Below, piece by piece: positions 57,421 to 64,000 of a stretch of DNA of 64,000 bases (the first letter of the stretch is position 1; each line of letters opens with the position of its first letter). Source of the DNA: the human T2T-CHM13v2.0 reference genome, Homo sapiens; NCBI RefSeq assembly GCF_009914755.1, contig NC_060929.1; one strand, written 5' to 3'. A program made the position numbers and the translations under genes. Under the pieces are notes generated by a model. The model saw nothing but the letters and a program-made list of their open reading frames with translations, made no database searches and was not told where the DNA came from.

Positions 57421-58026
57421 TCATTAGCCAGAGGACCTACTAGGACTGGGCCTGCACTGATATCTTGAGGTAGAGGTGGGGGCCTGGAAGCTGGGTGCAG
57501 GGCTGAGGCCCCTCACTGGGTCTGCACTGAACAGCTAGGCCCAGGAGCCAAATCATGGTTGCAGACATTTGGCTTCCATTATCTGACTATTTGGGACAGC
57601 CTCAAGCTAGACTTGATTACTGCAAACCTGAAATAGTTCCTTATTAGACAGGGCTAGCTCACCCTCCTAAATGAGTCTTGTTGGGACTCTCGGGGTCTTG
57701 CACTGAGCACACTTCCTCATCCTATCCTCCAGCCCCTCTGGCAGGAAAGTAGGAGCACCCCCAGGGCTTCTGCCCCGGGCCTCTGCACAGACTCCAGGGG
57801 CACCTGTGGGGCTGAGGGCAAGTGGCAGCACAGTGCCTCCGGCCAGGACTGGCCCAGCCCTCTTCCCTGTGCCCAGCTCCTCCCCATGGAAGAAAGGGGA
57901 GAACAGGACTGGCTACTTGAGGACACCAGGGACTGGGCCTGCCTGAGAGTGACAGTTCTGGGACTCTCCCTGCTCCCGGTGAATGCCAGCCAGGGTGTGG
58001 GGCCCAGGAGGCTCCAGTGCTTTCCC

Positions 58027-58039
58027 AGTCCAAAGGTCA
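58027..58039 (+). promoter_or_regulatory. DR1 nuclear-receptor motif (HNF4/PPAR-RXR/COUP-type)
   Basis: AGTCCA A AGGTCA, with a GC box at 58071-58077 nearby; motif match only. Confidence 0.35.
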
Positions 58040-58721
58040 CTAACTGCCCAGCCGCTGGGAGTGTGTGCAGGGGGCGGTTCTCCAGCCAGGGAGGTGCAGG
58101 AATAAAGGGGGTGTGGGGAGACAGGAAGAGGCTGAGCTTGTGGGGCCTGAGAGCCTCTCCCCTGGGCAGGGTGGGGTCATTGGGCTGCCTTAGATTCCCC
58201 CCCCCACCTCTCAGCCTGCTGCCTCTGGACAAAGCTCTGCAGAGGAGCCCCATCTCCTTCAGCCCCCTCCTGCCTTTGGGGTGCAAGTTTCCTGAAGGAC
58301 TTGAGTGAGATGTCACCAAGCAACAGGCTGTCAGGCTCTTGGCAGCAAGTACTGGCCCAGCGACTCGCGGCAGAGTCTCTCCTTGGGGCGTCTGTCCTTA
58401 TCAGGGGTGGATGCTGTCAGACTTGCTAATGGTGGAATTTCTGGCATGTGGCAGGTGGGTAAAAGAGACCCCTGGGCTAGGGAGCCATTTGCAAGTCCCT
58501 CAGATGGCCTCAGGTGTGGGTCATGCTCCACTGCAGCCATGGTTACTGGGAAGCCAAGTGGACTCCATGGGGCTCCAAGCAGTGGGAGGGAGCTCCTGGG
58601 AGACACAGTGTGGCCCAGATGCCCTGGTCATGGGGACATCCAAGCACAGGTGAGAAACTTGGGCAGGGAGGGTGCAGAGGAAATTTGGAAATGGCTGAGA
58701 GGCTGGACTCAAGGTCTCTTG

Positions 58722-58799
58722 GGCTTGAACTGAGCTCAAGCAATCCACCCACTTCAGCTTCCCAAGGTGCTGGGATTACAGTCGTGAGCCATGGCATCC
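58722..58799 (-). mobile_element. Tailless 5' Alu fragment between 21-bp direct repeats
   Basis: ggctggactcaaggtctcttg at 58701-58721 and 58800-58820. Confidence 0.85.
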
Positions 58800-58947
58800 G
58801 GCTGGACTCAAGGTCTCTTGTTCCCTGATCCTGGGCTTGGCATGGAGAAGGGAGGAAGCTGAAGGGGGCAGGTAAAAAGATGCCTACCTGGGCACTGTAG
58901 ACTAAATGAACCCTCAGACTGTGAAAGTCTCAGAAATCAGAGAAAGA

Positions 58948-59271
<324 letters not shown>

Positions 59272-59373
59272 TCACCAGGGGAAATGTGTAAAAAGGCTGT
59301 GGGTAATGAGGTGGCAAACGGTGGAGAGCTCTGCCCTGAGCTCCATACCCTTCCAAGCCTTTGCCCATGCTTA

Positions 59374-59803
<430 letters not shown>

Positions 59804-59877
59804 TTAATAGTGTTAAAATAAGGTCATTAGAGTGGGCCCCACTCTGGTATGGCTGGTGTCCTTAGAAGAGGGAAAGT

Positions 59878-59990
59878 TGTTGAGGTGATGGGTATCCCAA
59901 CTATCTTGATTTGGTTTTATACATTGTATACATGTGTCCAAATATAACCCGTACCCCCAAAATAGGTACAACTATTATGCAGCAATAAAA
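59878..59990 (+). mobile_element. L1MA-like 3' terminal fragment
   Basis: tgaggtgatgggtatcccaactatcttgatttg...tacattgtatacatg...aataaaa. Confidence 0.7.
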
Positions 59991-60025
59991 CATTTTTATT
60001 TTTATTTTTACTTTTTTAAAAACAG

Positions 60026-60305
60026 GGCCAAGTGCAGTGGCTCACACCTATAATCCCAGCACTTTGGGAGGCTGAGGCACGAGGATTGCTTGAGCCCAGG
60101 AGTTCATCACCAGCCTGGGCAATATAGCCAGACCCGGTCTCCACAAAAAAATTTTTAAAAATTAGCTGGGCATGGTGGCCTGTGCCTGTAGTCCCAGCTC
60201 TTTGGGAGACTGAGGCAGGAGGATCAACTTGAGCCCAGAAGGTCGAAGCTGCAGTAAGCCATGGTCATGCCAGCGGAGTTGAGCCTGGACCACAGAGCAA
60301 GACAC
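60026..60305 (+). mobile_element. AluJ
   Basis: Dimeric Alu lacking a tail. Confidence 0.9.
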
Positions 60306-61451
60306 TATAGGGAAGACAGCCAGGTGAAAATGAAGGCAGAGACCAGAGTTATGCATCCGAAAGGCAAGGAATGCCGGGGGCTGCCAGAAGCTGGAAGAGG
60401 CAAGGCAGGATCCCCCACTAAAGGCCTTGGAGGGAGCATGGCTTTAGCAGCACCTCAATTTGGGATGTCTATTCTCCGGAACAGCGGGAATAAGTGTCTG
60501 CTGCTGTAAGCCACCCTGCCTGTGGCACTTTGTTACAGCAGCCCAGGAACCTGACCCAGCCAGGCTGCTCCTGCTGCCCAGTGTGCCCTTCTCTCATCCC
60601 TCCAGCTGGTCTCTCACTGCCTTCGAGCCCCATCACCTGCTCGGGCTCCCCCTCTGTGTGTCCCCAGTTCTGGACACTTATTCAGCAGACCTGTAAGTTT
60701 TGCTGGCCAGCCTATCTCCCTGGCTAGACTGAAGGCTCCTTCAGGGCAGGCCTAACCTGTGCTAGGGCAGCATGATGCCTGGTACAGAATAGGGGCTCCT
60801 TAGATGTGGGGTAAATAAAGGAATGCTCGAAGGGTGATGGGCCCCTGTGAGACTGGGATGTGCCATCTACTTCTTCACAGCCTGGCTCAGCTCAGGCTAG
60901 GGACATGACAGTGCTCAGAGAGGTCACAGCATCTTCCACACAGACCATTCCCAGCTCCGCCACTCTCCAGTTCCCTCTTGGTGCCATATGAGTCTGAGGA
61001 ACTTGGGGAAATTCCTAACCTTCCCTTTCAATTGAGCCATTAGCCCTTGGAGTTAGCCACAACGTAATTGCTCAGGTCCCTCCAACAAGGGGACTGTGTC
61101 TGTGGCTTGATGACTCATGCACACTGCTCCATTCCACAACCTTGGGCAGGACTTGGGGCTGGGGACAGTGCCAGCCAGCATAGGCAAGGAGCTTGGACAT
61201 CCCATTACCCCAACCCAGTCCCCAGGAACAGAGTGTACTCAAGGTTTCAGGACAAAAATCTAGAAGCAAGGAGGCGAACTGAGTGAGATTTGAGTGACGA
61301 AAAGGAGCAGACAAAGACAACAGCGAGTACAAAGGCCCTGAGGCAGGAACGAGCTTGGCATGATCAAGAACTGAAAAGAGCACAGGGGAGGCTGCAGCAC
61401 AGTGAAAGAGAGGTCAGTGATAGGACATGCGATTAGACGGGGCCCACTAGA

Positions 61452-61596
61452 CAATCCAGGATAATCCCTCCCTCTCAAGGCCCTTAATTTAATCATATCT
61501 GCAAAGTGCCTTCTGCCATGTCGGGGAACGTATTCACAGGCTCTGGGGAGTGCAGCGCAGACATCTTTAGGGATGGGCATTATTGTGTCTACCGCA
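61452..61596 (-). mobile_element. MLT1D-like LTR 5' fragment
   Basis: aatccaggataatc...cttaatttaatcatatctgcaaag...cattattgtgtctaccgca. Confidence 0.75.
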
Positions 61597-61599
61597 GTA

Positions 61600-61890
61600 T
61601 CTCTCTCACCCTCTTGTCTGTCTCTCTTGCTCTATCGCTACATTTCTGTTTACCTATCTACCTATTTATTTGAACCTGACCATGGATCTATTGACCACAA
61701 TTTATTTCTCTTCCTACCCCTTTATCAAGCTTCAATAAGTTATTTATCAATCTATCATTCCTCAGTGGCTTTGATCTTTTACTCTGATAACAGCATCACC
61801 CCTTAGCCATCTGTCTAACAAACTAAACGTTAAACTCAATCTATCATTTAGTTGTCCTCTGTCCATGATGAATTATCAATCATCTACCTC
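61600..61890. repeat. Degenerate (TCTA/TCTG)-rich low-complexity tract
   Basis: Recurrent tatct/atcta/tcaatc words. Confidence 0.55.
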
Positions 61891-62141
61891 CATCTTTGCA
61901 GATGTTGTACAGATGTGGACATTTTTTCTCAATGTCTATTGAAAAGATCGATAGATATGAGTTCAGTAAATATCCACTGAGTGCTGGCCACGTGCCCATT
62001 GCTATGTCATGTGTGGGTGAAATAAGGGGCTGACACTCCCAGTAGCCATAGAGGGTCCTTTTTCATTTTATCATTATCCCCAACAATGCTGTGATCACCA
62101 ATCCAGGCACACTGTCCAATTTTGTCATCCACCTTGGAATC

Positions 62142-62437
62142 TTTTTTTTTTTTTTTTGAGATAGGGCTCTTGCTCTGTCACACAGGCTGGAGGGCAGTGG
62201 TGTGATCACAGCTCACTGCAGCCTCAATCTCCCAGGCTTAAGCAATCCTCCCACCTCAGCCTCCAGAGTATCTAGGACTACAAGCAAGTGCCACCATGCC
62301 CAGCTAATTTTTGTATTTTTTAAGAGACAAGGTCTCACTATGTTGCCCACGCTGGTCTCAAACACCTAGACTCAAGCAATCCTCCTCCCTTAGCCTCCCG
62401 AAGTGTTAGGATTATAGGCATGAGCCACTGGCCCTGT
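62142..62437 (-). mobile_element. AluJ
   Basis: Antisense dimeric Alu. Confidence 0.92.
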
Positions 62438-62719
62438 CCAGGGACCATTTTTATATAAACTTTCCAGTGAAATCCAGGCTGCTCTAGTCTGCCTTTTGCC
62501 TACTAGCCTCCTTGTATATGCATAAATAATGCAGACTCATTTTAACTTGATGTTGATCTTACATAAAGTGTGGGTGGAAAAGTATATCTGCTGGGCAAGC
62601 ATCTAGTGCATCAAATAACGAATCCTAAAGTTAAATGGAAATTATTTTTAGGTTGTCTGGGCAAATAGCACAGAAGGTGGGGGGAATCCAGAGATATGAC
62701 CTCAGATGTGACACATGCA

Positions 62720-62733
62720 GACACACGACACAC

Positions 62734-62771
<38 letters not shown>

Positions 62772-62785
62772 TATGGGTACACACA
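62720..62785. repeat. (CA)n microsatellite
   Basis: Pure AC run at 62741-62768 with imperfect flanks. Confidence 0.95.
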
Positions 62786-64000
62786 AATGCACCTTCTCTC
62801 TTCCTTCTGCCCCCACACTAGCAGCTCCTTCCTGGCTTCCTCCGCCCCTCACTCACACAAAGGGCCAAAGCAAATACTTCAGCACTGAGTCATGTCCTAC
62901 CTCATCTTGTTTCCAGCCTAGGAATCTCACCTCCCCACCTGGGCTGTGAGGTCTTCTGGGGCAAAGATGGTGTCTGCTTCTCCTTAGGTGTGCCCTCTTA
63001 GTCTGATCAGCCAGAGGACTGGACACCTAGGAGCTGCTTGCCTTTCCTTGAGCTCCGAGGGCAGTTGAGGATCAGGGAGGCAAGGGAGCTAGATGTCCAG
63101 TGGTAGACGCTCTCTAGGGCAGCCTCTTTGCCCCCCCAGGAATCTGCCTCTCCTGCCCAACCCGGATGCCAGATAACATAGGTTTCTTTTTTCTGTAGCA
63201 CTCTCCTAGAGGAGCTGTGTTAGGTAGATAATCTGCCTAGAGCTGGCCTAGCTGGGGATCAACTCAACAAGAATTTCTTGTTTCCAAGCGTCTCCTTCAC
63301 ATGGGCATCCAGTGCCAATTTGTGTCCAAGTCTCTTCCCTAGCACACGGGATGGAGGTCCAGCATATTTGGAGACAGCTCACTGTGTGCCAGAGCCACAG
63401 GTCCTAGAATATCCAGCAATCACAGTACCCAGGGCCACCCCAGCCTCACAAGTCACTGTGCCCAAGGCCCTGAGGGAAGAACAGCTTGCTCACTAGTGCC
63501 TGAAGGAGGCTCCCAAGGCAGCCACCTTGTACACTGGAGACACTCCCAGCAGTGGGAGGCAGATCAAGGCCAGGACACCGTTAATGAAGCTTTGACTAGG
63601 GTGAGGCATCTCAGGGCCAGCTGGCCTTGCTGCTTCTCACCCCACTCTAAGCCTTGATCTGTCCACATACTTGACCCTGTTAGAATCTGGTGTCTGCCCC
63701 TCCCCCATCCTGATGTAACACATCTCTGTAGCCTGAAGCCGGCCCAGTTCTTGGCTCAGAGCTACTGCGTCTGCAGCACAGATCTGTCCCTGAGCACAGC
63801 TCGCACCAGCTTCCCTGCAGGCCTAGAGCCCAAGCCCTGGCCTCAGGCAATCTCCGCTTCCCTTGAGGCCAGCCCAGAGCCCCAACTCAGTGAGTTCTCA
63901 TGAACTGTTTAGACTCCACCAGGTAATGAATTGTCCCCACTCTGCTGTCTCAGGAGCCAGGCTGGGCCAGGTATTCTCAGATTGAATTTGTTGGGAAGAA

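Overview
Primate (human-like) non-coding genomic DNA, intronic or intergenic. It is very repeat-rich: about 65 Alu pieces, several fragmented old L1M elements, two short young L1PA 3' insertions, L2 and MIR remnants, MaLR/ERV solo LTRs, and Tigger/hAT DNA transposon relics. No protein-coding exon is supportable; the supplied ORFs are Alu, L1 or GC-rich noise. The only RNA-gene-derived feature is a full-length U6 snRNA pseudogene fused to an L1 3' end (51365-51904, minus strand). The most unusual signals are: (1) a 77-bp, 74/77-identical inverted repeat in apparently non-transposon sequence (14322-14398 / 15546-15622) enclosing 1147 bp; (2) a rearrangement cluster at 34.0-36.3 kb, comprising an AluY with an internal 8-unit 50/44-bp higher-order minisatellite, an 801-bp tandem duplication with a chimeric middle Alu, and an adjacent ~85-bp inversion; (3) a tailless Alu fragment with a 21-bp direct repeat; (4) candidate regulatory islands at ~17.4-18.5 kb, ~44.3-44.6 kb and ~58.0-58.5 kb. 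Repeat subfamily names come from recalled consensus features and are approximate. The locus itself could not be identified.
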